64,000 nucleotides of DNA from Octopus vulgaris (lineage: Eukaryota). The notes beneath the pieces are model-generated. The model was given only the letters and a program-made list of their open reading frames with translations. It searched no databases and was not told the DNA's origin. The stretch is taken from assembly GCA_951406725.2 (NCBI GenBank), contig OX597830.1, positions 682,001 through 746,000 of the forward strand, in the 5' to 3' direction. Below are positions 28,090 through 40,502 of the stretch, piece by piece. Each line of letters begins with the position of its first letter. The first letter of the stretch is position 1. The position numbers and the translations under genes are program-made.

Positions 28090-28942
28090 TGTAGCTCCAT
28101 CAATTAAAAGACAGGGGCCATAACTCCTTCCCGTAAAGGAAACGCTAGATATGTCGCAGCCTCAGTTATCCTTAACCATAACATGCCCATCCTCCATTCA
28201 GAAAAGGGAACGTCTGTCTAGCGGAACACGTCCCTTCCACAGGAAGCGGAAGAACAAGTGCTCCAGCATGATCAGTCAATAAGTAGGGCAATGGACGACG
28301 GTCAAGTGGTAGATTACAGAAGCGATATATGCATTTGCCACCTCAGTGTGACCTTTCACGGACAGCTCTGTGTCAATTTCCCGGTGCGACGGGCCACTCT
28401 GCTCATCATCTTACCCTAGTTCTTGGCTCACCTGGAGGTCCGAACCAAACCAGATCCTGAGCAATATTAACGGCCCTTCCACCCAGCACCCAATGATGCT
28501 GTCGGTTGACTTGTCCTGCCCCCACCCAGATGCTGAGCTGCACGGCCATCAACCTCCGGTTAATTTTTGCTCCTATCACATCTTCATACTCACTTAGTGC
28601 AGTGACGATCACCACGATGTCCGAGATTTCTGACACCGTTTTACGGCGATGTCGTCCGCATTAACCAACTCTAACCTTCCGCGTCCTAGTGCACGCAAGA
28701 TACCCATCAAAGAATCCAACTTCCTTAACAATGACTCGAGAGCTTGCAAGTACAGAAGGGGCGATAGTAGACATGTTTGAGGGACCGAACGTGCGACGCT
28801 AAGCAATTCCGAAAGCTAGCCATTTACGCTGACCACCGAACAGGTGACACTGTACACTGCAGCGATCCAACCTCTAAAAACGGGATCGAAACCGGCTGCT
28901 GCTAGGACAGTCTCCAAGTATTAGTGGTTGAACCTATCAAAA
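28090..28942 (-). pseudogene. L1/Tx1-clade reverse transcriptase remnant
   Basis: FDRFNH*YL..VL...GF..VFRGWI...VNG*LS...ARSV.Q.C.LSPLLY..ALE.LLRKL...NADD. Confidence 0.85.
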
Positions 28943-29894
28943 TGCAGTTATGCATCGTTAACCAGCTAGAGCAGATGTCCTCTTAGGTTTAAAAGATCGC
29001 AGTAGAGTCCGTTCGAACGGACAGCCATGTTAAAGTGGCTACGAATACTCCTTGTCAGTACAACTACTGCGTTGATCTCTGAGAGGGATTTTAGAGCCAG
29101 CATTTTTTATGTCAAACCTGAAATATTGCAAATTGAACAGTATCTCAGATTCTGGTCTTCCCGTACAACATATCTGTAGTGGTTAAGTGTGTATGTAAAC
29201 AAATACATAAACCGATATATGATTGAAAGGCATTTATTTATAGTGTTAGTTTAGTGATTGGTCACTACCTACAAAATACAGGCAACTGCTACGAGTTGCT
29301 TGAATAGAGTACATATTAGAAATGAATATGTTTGTGTGTGTGTGCGTGTGTGCGTGTTTCATTCGAAACAGTAGTCGATCGGCACTTCGAACATTTCTCT
29401 CTGTCTCTGTCGTCTGCCAAAAACTTGGGTCGTAGATAGATCTATCTCATGTGTCTGCTCCCGTCTCTGCTGAGATTGTCTGCCTCTCTGTTTCACCCTT
29501 GTATTTATAATATTTGTGACAGCTAGAAAAACAGACATACTGCAGCAGAGACAGTGCCTAAGTAGGTCAGCAGTTGTCCAGTTGAACTTCGCACGACATG
29601 GCTGAGGTCGCAGGTCAAAGGGAGATGATCAATCACTTTTTGTCAGAACAAAGCAAGCCTTCTTTTCGCGCCTTTGGTTGTCGTGGTTTGGGCGACCGAG
29701 GATTCTAGGATTCGGTTTCGAATCTAGGCTTAGAGAAGGAAGTGCTAATTCTTACACATCATTGATATTCATAAATAATCATAAACGCCCAGCTTGCTGT
29801 TACTTGATATCTCTGGTTGATATTGGGAACAGCTCGTATAAAACAAGTCAATGATAGCGTAGACAACAGCAACAATAATAACAACCCCAAACAC

Positions 29895-30005
29895 TACCAC
29901 CACCACCACCACCACCACCACCACCACCGCCGCCGCCGCCGCCGCCATCGCCAACGCCACCACCACCGCCACCACCACCACCACCACCACCACCGTCATC
30001 ACCAT
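29895..30005. repeat. (CAC)n/(CGC)n compound trinucleotide repeat
   Basis: Direct reading. Confidence 0.95.
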
Positions 30006-30269
30006 CTACATCTTCAACATCGTCACCTTAAACAACATCAATATTCACTTATTTTTGGAACTGTATAACTAAATTCTTATTGCGTTACATTTCTCACCTA
30101 CTCCTGGGCCCTGAATTATTCCGTGTCTGAATGCGCCACTCTCAGCTGGTGTCACACCTTATGAATCTTGCACTTTTGCCCACTTTCACCGTTCCAAACG
30201 GTCCAATCATAATCTCTCATCTCCAACAACTGACTTAGCACCAGACTAAGAACACCTGCTTCCCTCTGT

Positions 30270-30410
30270 TATTTACGTTCTTAGGTCAAATTCCGCTAGA
30301 GTCAACTCTGCTATTCATCCTTTCGGGCTTGATAAACAAAGTATCATTTCAGCACTTGGGTTGATGCCCCGAAACTGCTGGCCGTTTGCCAAAATTTGAC
30401 ACCGATATTA
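30270..30410 (+). mobile_element. Meta-domain SINE 3' half
   Basis: caaattccgc..ttcatcctttcggg..gataaa..ccaaaatttgacacc. Confidence 0.75.
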
Positions 30411-30413
30411 GTG

Positions 30414-30500
<87 letters not shown>

Positions 30501-30674
30501 ACGCATATACATATAAATGTATACAAACAAACAAACACACACACATATATTTGAAACTGTGCTTCCTACAGTTCTCAGAATTGTAACCCTTATCTCTAAC
30601 AATATAACTGCTACCTAGCACCCCCATTCACAATTAGTGATGATTGATTTTTTTTCTTTTGGTTATGATGGACT

Positions 30675-30945
30675 CACTCGTCGTTAAATGACGTACGAGG
30701 GTTCGACAATTTCTTACCGAACAGATGATGTTTTTTATAGTGATCAGATGTTTGTGTAGACATAAGCTCACTCCCTCCATCCGATTAACATTACCTGTCC
30801 AGCTGCAATGAGTGTCACGTGTTCGATATCGAAATGATCGCAGAGCAACGTGAAACGAAGTGCTTTGCTCAAGAACGCAACGCAACGCCCGGTCTGGAAA
30901 TCGAACCCACGATCTATCAATCGTGAGTGCAACACCTTAACCCCT
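30675..30945 (-). mobile_element. tRNA/CORE SINE, third family, internally deleted
   Basis: Minus strand ggttaaggtgttgcactcacg..gggttcgatttcc..ttcttgagcaaagcacttcgtttcacgttgctc. Confidence 0.8.
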
Positions 30946-31545
30946 TAAGACTTCTTTTGGTTATATATACACACACATGATCGCTCACGCAAACACATGC
31001 ACGCACATAATTTTTCCACACCCACAGCTCTCGAAAATTGTTACTCCTGGGCATATCTAGTTTCTGCAACGATCATAATTTGGTTTTCAGTATAACTTCC
31101 AAAGTCGTACAGACGAAATGAACAGAACAGATATACAATGCCAACTGATCTATAGATGGAAAATAGATAAACCTTGTTATAGGTATTTGTTCTTTTTAAA
31201 TGCGATTTTAGAATGTTTGAACAAAAACAAAATCTTCAAACTTATTTTCTTCGTTCTGTGAATGACATGAATGACCAATCTTGTGGTATTGAAAAAAAAA
31301 ATAGCCGCATCGTCATAATCCCGCGTAAAAAACCAATATAAATTCACAAGTAGCTGTCCTCCATTGAAGAATAAGATCAATGTTCTCTTCAATTCTTACA
31401 AAGCCTAAAAATGTGCAAAATGTCCCCTGTGATAGAAGAATGTATAATGATATACATATGCACATACACATACTTCTATACACACAGATACATATATAGG
31501 CGCACATACACATGCTTATGCATGTATATACATATATGTGTATAT

Positions 31546-31591
<46 letters not shown>

Positions 31592-32285
31592 CATTTGTTG
31601 CTCTTGACTTATGGGAAAGCACATAAGAGGGGGAAATAAATCAGTGCAACCGGTGTCTAAGTGCAATTTGTCACGTGTTTTAGTTGAGTTTTCCCCAAGT
31701 TTAGCAAGCTTCTTAGCCCATAAATGCATTTGTCTTATTCGTCCAAGCTAAGAAACTCAGCTCAAGAAACAACTAGAGCAAGTAAACAGAGAAAAAAGAA
31801 AAAAAAAACAATGGATGATAGTGTCTAAGCTTCTTAACTTCGACTCTTTAATATTTTATCATAGAAATGGTAGAACCGTTCCAATAAATGACTGAGACAG
31901 AGGTATAATCCTGCGGTCGCTACACCACTGACATATATTATTGTGTATATTGAATCAGGCAGAATTAAAAGATAAATATTGAGTCAATAGTAGTAGTAAA
32001 TTAATCGATTATTACCATACTATATTTAAAAATCAATATTATTGATAAACAACAGTTTCATTGAATGTAGTTTTACATATGTGATAACTCACTTCCGTTT
32101 TCATGTTACTCTGGTTCTATTTCTGTTTCGACTAAAATTTATGTTCTCACGGGGCCATCTCTGTTACCCGACTTTCTTCTCGAAGTAGTTCTAGTTTTTT
32201 CCTATAACTGTAGTGTTCAGTTTGAATCTCAAAGTTATCCTGTTTCCCCAGATAAAACTGAGAAGGGTTAAACGTATTTAACGTA

Positions 32286-32499
32286 AAGGCGACGAGCTAG
32301 CAGAAACGTTAGCACGCCGGGCGAAATGTTTTGTGGTATTTCGTTTTTCTTTACGTTCTGAGTTCAAATTCCGCCGAGCTCGGCTTTGCCTTTCATCCTT
32401 TCGGGGTCGCTAAAGTACCAGTTGCATACTGGAGTCGATCTAATCGACTGGCCCCTTCCCCCAAAATTTCGGGCCTTGTGCCTAGAGTAGAAACGAATA
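32286..32499 (+). mobile_element. Meta-domain SINE with 11-bp TSD
   Basis: TSD tatttaacgta at 32275-32285 and 32500-32510. Confidence 0.92.
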
Positions 32500-32774
32500 T
32501 ATTTAACGTATTTCCGTTGCTGCACTGGGTTTTCATGTATCAAACACAAGGATAAAGTTATCTTGAATTAATAATTAAGGAGTATACTTCTGTTTTGCTG
32601 TTGTCACTGTTGTTGTCTTTTAATATTTTTCCAGTAGTGTAAGGAACATAGGATCGAACTTTTGTTAGCCGTTACAATCGCAGGAGTCCTTTTCTATAAA
32701 CATTTATCAGTAAAACAACACAAACATAAAGACCGATGGTACTTTCATGAAGGTCGACAATGCAAGATTCAATG

Positions 32775-32838
32775 AAAGGCTCTATGAAAGATTGATTGAG
32801 ATATTGAAATCTCTCTATCAATCTTTCATAGAGCCTTT
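32775..32838. repeat. Inverted repeat with 22-bp arms plus adjacent 14-bp direct duplication
   Basis: aaaggctctatgaaagattgat / atcaatctttcatagagccttt; gagccttttgggtg twice. Confidence 0.85.
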
Positions 32839-33073
32839 TGGGTGCTGAGCCTTTTGGGTGTTGTGCCAACTGCATTTCACAGGAGCAATTCTCATCAACT
32901 ATATTTTCATTTTACTGACTTTGTACCGATATTTCTCAATTCTCTCGATTCCTTTGCTACCCAACATTTTATTTTATAGTAGTGCAAATAATAAAACCTT
33001 ACACTGCTGCATGTTGTTTTATCCTCTAGAATTATATCCGATCATCTTTCTTCAATATTATGGTTAGTTTTTA

Positions 33074-33225
33074 AGGCGGTGAGGTGGCAGAAGCGCTAGC
33101 ACGCCGGGCGAAATGATTAGCGGTATTTCGTCTGTCATTACTTTCTGAGTTCAAATTCCCCGGAAGTCGACTTCGCTTTTCATCCTTTCGGGGTCGATAA
33201 ATTAAGTAACAGTTGCGTACTGAGG
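33074..33225 (+). mobile_element. Meta-domain SINE, 3'-truncated against a mariner fragment
   Basis: Head and Meta domain intact; tail absent. Confidence 0.9.
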
Positions 33226-33813
33226 TTGAGATGCATATCGCAAATATTGATTCGTTGTGTTAAGTGAATCTCTTTCAATTTATGTTGAACCCAGATATCG
33301 AGCTTTTTAACGAGTCCAAGACATTTTAAGTGAATTTCAATTGTTGTGTGTGATACATTTAAACTCTCTGCAATCGCTCGAACAGTTATATATCAATTAG
33401 ATTCAATTATGGCTTTGATTCGGTCATCATAAACTTCAGTAGGTCGACCAGAACGTTGGTCATCTTTGAGTGAAAAATCTGCAGAACGGAACTTTTTAAA
33501 CCAATTCTGGTATCTGTGCATTCTGTTAAGCAATCAACACCATAAACTTCACATATCTCTTTGTGAGCCTCAGAAGTTTTCTTGCCTTTATGAAAATAAA
33601 AGCAAAATACGGCGAAAATGTTCGCTATTGCACTCCATATTAAAATAGACCCAAAACAGCTGTAAACAAAATTACGCGCAATTTGCTACTAAACAAACTA
33701 AAAGTAATGGCTATCAAATGCCAAGAGGAACAAAATCATAACATTGAGAAAAGTTATTAAAAAAATGGAACTATCTATTTGCGAAAAACGAAATTAATTT
33801 CTTGCCAACCCAA
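33226..33813 (-). mobile_element. Mariner transposon 5' half (TIR and N-terminal transposase)
   Basis: TIR TA-ttgggttggcaagaaatt; MECNSEHFR...NWFKKFRS...RSGRPTEV...IWVQHKL (WVPHEL motif). Confidence 0.9.
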
Positions 33814-35185
33814 TATTTTGATCTGTGCTTCATTTTCATATTTTGTTTGGTTGGGTGGATAATTTACAAATGTATTTCATTTTTCTATGATTTTCTATAT
33901 CAGTGATATGCTAAATTTTCCAAGAAATAACAGGAACTTTGGTGGGTTTCAATGGTGATTTGGGAAAATCTTTATGGAAGTTGAAGGTCTTTCTGAATAT
34001 TTGGTTTCCGTCTTATATCGTTTGAAAGTATAAAAGCCTACCAGATATTTGATTAATTATTAATGAAAAATTTAGAAAAAACAGGAAAATGATTAACCGA
34101 TGAGGTCGCTGACTGCAACCAAAACCTTTTTACCCAGACTGACGTGAAAAACCTCAGAAGTTTTATTATATTTTTTATAAATTAATAACATATTTCTTAC
34201 TTGGAAGATGGTTTCGATGCCCAATGATTTTGATGGTGTTATTGCATACGCATTCACTTCTGCATTCGTTATTAAAGCACTAACTCGGTGATTGTAGATT
34301 AGCAATCGCCAATATTGAGTTGCAATCAAATATCGTTGCCTTGGTCACTTCAATTATTGAAGTGGTATTTTTCAATATAGAGATTTGAGATTTAATTTTA
34401 GAAACAATATAATTTCTTATTGATTTCATTAGGTTTCCAGCATCGGCCTACAAATGATTGTTAAATCTGGTTGTCGATTGAATCAAACAAATTGATTATG
34501 AACTTTTATTTCTATACAGGGTACTTTGAGTTTTAAAATATTAGTTCTCTCATGTGAAAAGAATGTAGGTAAATTTAGCGGTTGTGCACAGGTTGTTCAA
34601 TGTTGCAGGGAAAATATTTTATTTGACCTTGAGATACTCGGGACTATGTTATACGTCAATTGAAGGCAAGACGATTTCGGTCCAGGGATACACTTGTTTT
34701 TATCCGATTGGAGGAACTGTTAGTTGTTGCCATCTATAACTTTGATAGGATTTGGCCAGTATAGGCCCAATTCGTTATCTTTACGAGTTTTGGATTTTCC
34801 ACACGGTGAAGGACTTATTTCCAAAATCTTTGAACAAACAGCATTTATCTTTATAATTTTTTCCAATCTCTAGTTCTTTGTTTTCCGTTGATTTTAGTTT
34901 ATTTATTTATATTTTTGAGGTGATAATATCTTGTTTTAAATAGGGTGTGCTTTTGCGTAGTAAAACTTTTAAGGAGAACGTTCTACAATGTTTTATTGTA
35001 TATTTTTACTGAAAGTAATATAACTTACAAATTTATTATTTGCATAACATTCGGAATGAATCATCGCTAATAAATATTCCAAGAAGCCATCAAATACTAT
35101 CTCTAGTAAAAAAAACAAAAACAAATTGTATGATATTTATGTGCACATAAAACATTCATACGTTCATATATACATATGTATGCAT

Positions 35186-35855
35186 GTCAGGTCACTTTCG
35201 TGTGCTACTGGTAACATGTAACCCAGTACAACCTGCTGCATGGTCGGGCCGTCAGCGTCTAAACCGGCAAGCCCACCAAGCTTGCTTGGTGAGGAGGGTG
35301 TTTGTTGAACACCCTGCGGCATGAAAAACAAAACCCGTCAAAAGGCGGAAAAACTCTTGAGAGTCAACGGCCATCCAATAAACGTGAATTTTTTTTAAAG
35401 GCTTAATGCTGTATCATGCGCGGGGACAAAGAAATAATCGGACTGAATACCCGATCGCGCGGTTAAACCATTGGGAGTGAAGCACTCCTAGCCTTTGTTA
35501 GGGCATCCTTCTAGGGGAAGGTAACTCAGGTAACTGGGATAACTCCGACATAAAACCTGCGGCTCAGTGGTTTCCGGTGATGTTGACTTGTTCTTCTTTT
35601 CAGATTATGGCTGCTGTTGCTTAGTGAGTCGGATTGACTCAGTGCACAGCCTTTCCTCACTTAAAAAAAAATCTTCTTGCACAGGCATTGCACGATAGCA
35701 ACATTGTTCATGATTGTTGCTAGTGCTGTGCGTCTCAACTGAATGGCTGGCTGTAGCCTTAAAAAGCAAATAAAACTCACATTCGATCTCAGCACCAATA
35801 ACAGTTAAGCTTCGTGCAATGGCCATACTTGATAACGAGGGGGCAGCCATCATCA
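35186..35855 (+). mobile_element. Non-autonomous bipartite RTE derivative (5' UTR joined to 3' end) in a (TGTA)n context
   Basis: gggcatccttctaggggaaggtaactc resembles the RTE 5' UTR motif; short 3' stem-loop tail like that at 11460-11498; no RT coding region. Confidence 0.65.
35188..35267 (+). ncRNA. Possible 5'-truncated HDV-like ribozyme remnant
   Basis: caggt(P2)-cac(P3)-tttcgt-gtg-ctact-GG-taacatg..catg..-CTAA-accgg(P2'); 5' strand of P1 missing. Confidence 0.4.
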
Positions 35856-36019
35856 TGTATGTATGAATGTATGCATGTATGAGTGTATGTATGTATGTAT
35901 GTATTAATATATGTATGTATGTGTGAATGTATGTATGTATGCATGAATGTATTTATGCATATATTATGTATATATTTATTTGTTTGTGCATATATGTATA
36001 TATATATATATATGTATAA

Positions 36020-36675
36020 AGGTAGGACACTGTATAACGAAATCCGTCGAAAGGATAACCCGAGAACAAAGAAATAAGAATCCACAGTATGCTGGAAGCC
36101 ATCGCCACTGATGATAAAAAATAGAACTGGTGGAATGTACCAGTGAAAACCTCAATGAAATGTAAACACAATAGAACTGATATAATGATTTGGGATCGAG
36201 AAGAGAAGCTGCTCAGTGAATGTAAACATAAATCTGAGGATCAGTGAAAATGAGAATGCCGACGCTAAAATACACTACCTAGATTACAAGTTCAGGTTTA
36301 TACCTGTAATCATTGGGGCCCTGCGATATGCAAAACCCTACCTAAACCCCAATCTTGGGAAATGAGGTTTCTCAAAACAAGAAAGGAGAAAGCTGATTCG
36401 AAGACTATAGACTCAATTCATCACTGGAATTGCAAAAGTGTGCAAAACTTTCCAGAAATTTATCATTTAAGTATATATGAGCATATCTAGATATGCAGGT
36501 ATATCCATGAAAAGACATACATAGAAAAAACCATACACATCTGCATGTATAGATATATGCATACATAAATGCATATATACATATATATGTTGAAATTCCA
36601 ATGCAGGAGCTTTGGGTTAGAAACCGACTCTCTTGGTTGGTAAGAAATCTTGAAATAAACTGAATAATGACATAA
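36020..36675 (+). mobile_element. R4/Dong-like RLE LINE 3' fragment
   Basis: WWNVPVKTSMKCKHNRTDIMIWD...FIPVIIGAL...GIAKVCKTF, then 3' UTR. Confidence 0.8.
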
Positions 36676-36690
36676 ATACGTACATATATA

Positions 36691-36748
<58 letters not shown>

Positions 36749-36944
36749 AAATGAGAGAAATCAGAAGATCGGATGGTCCATATTATAGATATTTATTTAT
36801 ATACTACATTTTTACATATATATATCATATCATTCAGATCATATCATTCAGATTATTAGCGCTTTCTCCCATTCTAGTGGGGTTTTTCAAATCAAATTAA
36901 TTCCTTTGTGGGGAATTTAATCATTTTATAGAGTTTCGTAGTTG

Positions 36945-37309
36945 TAGGGAGGTTTTTGTCCTGTCGTCTACTGTTTTTTATGCTATATTTGTTTAATATG
37001 TTTTTCATTTTGGGGCTTTGTAAGGCTATTGGTAGGTTTGAATGTATGGTTTGGAAGATGTTGGTAACTCCAGGGTTGTGTGTGTTTATAAAAGGGATAG
37101 TGTTTTCTTTGTTTTTTGTTTTGGGTGTCCTGAGTTGTGCAATGTCTAGTTTTAATGCTCTTGTGATTCCATTTTCTATTAGATTAAGGGGGTATTTTGC
37201 TCTAGGAGGAAGATTTTGAGTTCATCTAGTCTTATTAGTTGTATTTGTGAATCAGTTACTATGCTACATATTCGTCGTGCCATACTATATGGGATGTTTC
37301 TTTTTGTGT
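36945..37309 (-). pseudogene. PLE RT thumb/linker fragment
   Basis: TKRNIPYSMARRICSIV..YPLNLIENGITRA..IPFINTHNP..SRRQDKNL with one frameshift. Confidence 0.85.
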
Positions 37310-37387
37310 CCGAAGAACGACACCTCCTTCAGGAGGAATATGGAAAAACATTTCATAGCTAAGTTCTCCCCCAAATTAAATGCCTGA
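37307..37387 (+). pseudogene. GIY-YIG endonuclease C-terminal end
   Basis: RRNMEKHFIAKFSPKLNA* matches RxxxExxFIxxFxPxLN. Confidence 0.75.
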
Positions 37388-37403
37388 AACTTTACTCAAC
37401 ATA

Positions 37404-37673
37404 CATTGAAGGACAAATCTTTCGATTTACAATATAATATAGTAGAACATTTAATATATGTGTATATATATATATATATATATAGGTGTGTGTGTATATA
37501 TATGTTACCTGTTATACACATTATATTGTTTTTGTAATTTACTTGATCTTTACTTGCCAATTGTCATTCTAATTTTAACCTTCCTATGATATGCAATTTT
37601 CAAGATGGTGTAATTTGATTGTTCATTTTGATTCGAAAGAAGGTGGGTTTTTTCTAATATTTCATGTGTAAGC

Positions 37674-37712
<39 letters not shown>

Positions 37713-37985
37713 GTGACATTGAAGGACGCATCTTTCGATTTACAATCTAATATAGTAGAATATTTAGTATATGTCTGTATGTGTATATATATATATCTGT
37801 GTATGTATATATATTGCCTGTTATATACATTACATTATTATCTTTATAATTTACTTCCATCTTTACTTTTTAATTGTCACTTTAATTTTAACTTTCCTAT
37901 GATATACAATTTTCAAGATGGTGTAATTTGGTTGTTCATTTTGAACCGATAAAAGGTTTTTTCAAATATTTTATGTATAAGTCTG
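37404..37985. repeat. Diverged tandem duplication (about 270-bp unit) in the PLE 3' region
   Basis: acattgaaggac..tctttcgatttacaat..caattttcaagatggtgtaattt occurs at 37404 and 37716. Confidence 0.85.
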
Positions 37986-38759
37986 TGTATATATATGTGG
38001 TAGTATAAATATCAACACAAAAAAAATTTTCTTCTCCATTTCCTCCCTTATTTTTATTTTTTATTTTTATTTTTATTTTTATTTTCCCTTTTCTCTTTTT
38101 GTCTCTCTCCCCTTCTCCAAACACACACACACACAAACACACACGGACACACAGAGACACACACGCACACCTCCACAAAACGATCATACAAAGTAGAAGA
38201 GTTCAGAGACCCCAAATGGCATCTGACCATCCTCAAAATCATAAAAGGTGTAATTTATGGCCTGCCTACCCACCAACACACACTCAGTGACACCAGAATG
38301 GACAAAAAGCTAAAATTCTTAGAACTCCCTTGGGGGTCCAGCAGGCCAAAGGAAATCCTCCTTCTTCTTCTTCCCACTCCCTTCCCCTCTTTCTCTTTAG
38401 CCTCAGATACAAACGCACACACACACACATACACACACATACACACACACATACACACATGTTCTCTCTCTCACTTCCTCCTCATCCACCTCACCCTCTT
38501 ATACTGTTTTGTTCCTCCCCAAAACTACGAAACTCTATAAAATGATTAAATTCTCCACAAAGGAATTAATTTGATTTGAAAACCCCACTAGAATGGGAGA
38601 AAGCGCTAATAATCTGAATGATATGATCTGAATGATATGATATATATATGTAAAAAATGTAATATATAAATAAATATTTATAAATATGAACCATCCGATC
38701 TTCTGACCACCTCATTTCTTCTAATATATAATACCTGTACATCATCTCCAAACCCTCCA

Positions 38760-38811
<52 letters not shown>

Positions 38812-39091
38812 GTATATATATGTGTGTGTGTGTGTGTGTGTAAATATGTATACACATACATAGATAGGGATAGGGAAAGAACGGTAAGAGACAATTAATA
38901 GAGAAAGAAAATTTATGAAAATACAAATAGTATTTCCATAAAATAATTTTGTTCATTTTCTCTACCTAAGGTGTCAATCATTGTAATAACAATTTGTATT
39001 TATTTAGGATGAAAATATTCAGTTATTAAGGAAAACAAATGAAAATTTTCCGATGAAGGTGACATACACTCTCTCCCCACATTACAATACA

Positions 39092-39152
<61 letters not shown>

Positions 39153-39220
39153 CATACACACACACATACATTCATACTTACAGATGTGTGATTGAGTGTC
39201 CGTGTGACACATGAAACACA

Positions 39221-39261
39221 GTCACTGACGAAGTCAGAATGTGTGACGAAAGAACTTTGAC
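39221..39261 (+). ncRNA. Minimal type I hammerhead motif
   Basis: gtca-CTGACGA-a[gtca gaatgtg tgac]-GAAA-gaac-TT-tgac. Confidence 0.75.
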
Positions 39262-39397
39262 AGATATATTAACTAAAAGCACTGCGAATAAATATTTAAA
39301 GTGGAGATTAATATTGCGTGTGTTTGTGAAAACAATGGCCATCTCCAAGAATAAGTATATATATGTATATCTATGTATCTATATTATATATCTATAT

Positions 39398-39467
<70 letters not shown>

Positions 39468-39479
39468 TGTTTATATATG

Positions 39480-39520
<41 letters not shown>

Positions 39521-39521
<1 letters not shown>

Positions 39522-39746
39522 AGAAAAAGGGACAGGCAAAACAGGTTGCTTGACCGCATACCGAAAAAATAGAAATAGCAGTCAAGAATGTGTAATTCAC
39601 ATATGCAAAACATATGTTTTGCATATGTGAATTACAGGGTCTGTCATGCCCGGAGTCCAACTTTGATAGAAATAAGCATTCTTGACTGCTATTTCTATTT
39701 TTTCGGTATGCGGTCAAGCAACCTGTTTTGCCTGTCCCTTTTTCTT
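39521..39746. mobile_element. Hammerhead-less fold-back element in (TA)n
   Basis: 70-bp arms 39521-39590 / 39677-39746 enclosing a 46-bp perfect palindrome 39591-39636. Confidence 0.85.
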
Positions 39747-39872
39747 ATATACAATATATATACTGAACTTTACAGAAGTTCCTGCCGGTAATCGGCTATA
39801 TTTACATACCGAATTCTACCAGTAAATAATTGTTTTTTTTTAAAAGCCTTTATAGAAATTATTTACTCTTAT

Positions 39873-39911
<39 letters not shown>

Positions 39912-39915
<4 letters not shown>

Positions 39916-40181
39916 AATATATTACAATAATATGTTACATTACTCGATAGTCAAGATAAAACTCTGAGTTTCAGATGCCGAAGTGGAAATCCACAACACC
40001 ATCTCTTCGGTTATCTGGCTAGATAAACGAAGAGATGGCGTTGTGGATTTCCACTTCGGCATCTGAAACTCAGAGTTTTATCTTGACTATCGAGTAATAT
40101 AACATATTATTGTATAGATAAATTTCCTCTATTTACATAATATTGAGGTCTCTTTCTTTCTTTTGTTATCTTACCGTTTTA

Positions 40182-40185
<4 letters not shown>
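39912..40185. mobile_element. PLE pseudo-LTR fold-back (96-bp arms) between (TA)n tracts
   Basis: 39923-40018 versus 40019-40114 with about 4 mismatches; unpaired tail to 40185. Confidence 0.85.
39954..40016 (-). ncRNA. Variant hammerhead motif (CCGAAGA core); plus-strand mirror 40021-40083 has C3 to A
   Basis: agataa-CCGAAGA-[gatg..gtgg attt ccac..catc]t-GAAA-ctc a gag-TT-ttatct. Confidence 0.7.
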
Positions 40186-40242
<57 letters not shown>

Positions 40243-40255
40243 ATCTATCTATCTA

Positions 40256-40502
<247 letters not shown>

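Larger units (their letters stand above)
36746..38720. mobile_element. Neptune-like PLE insertion with about 198-bp inverted termini
   Basis: 36746-36943 is the reverse complement of 38523-38720; (TA)n at the left end. Confidence 0.85.

Noticed and set aside
29817-30068. Poly-His/Arg ORF
   Set aside because: Trinucleotide repeat with no other coding signal.
33820-34900. Further DNA transposon remnant
   Set aside because: No motif could be read with confidence.
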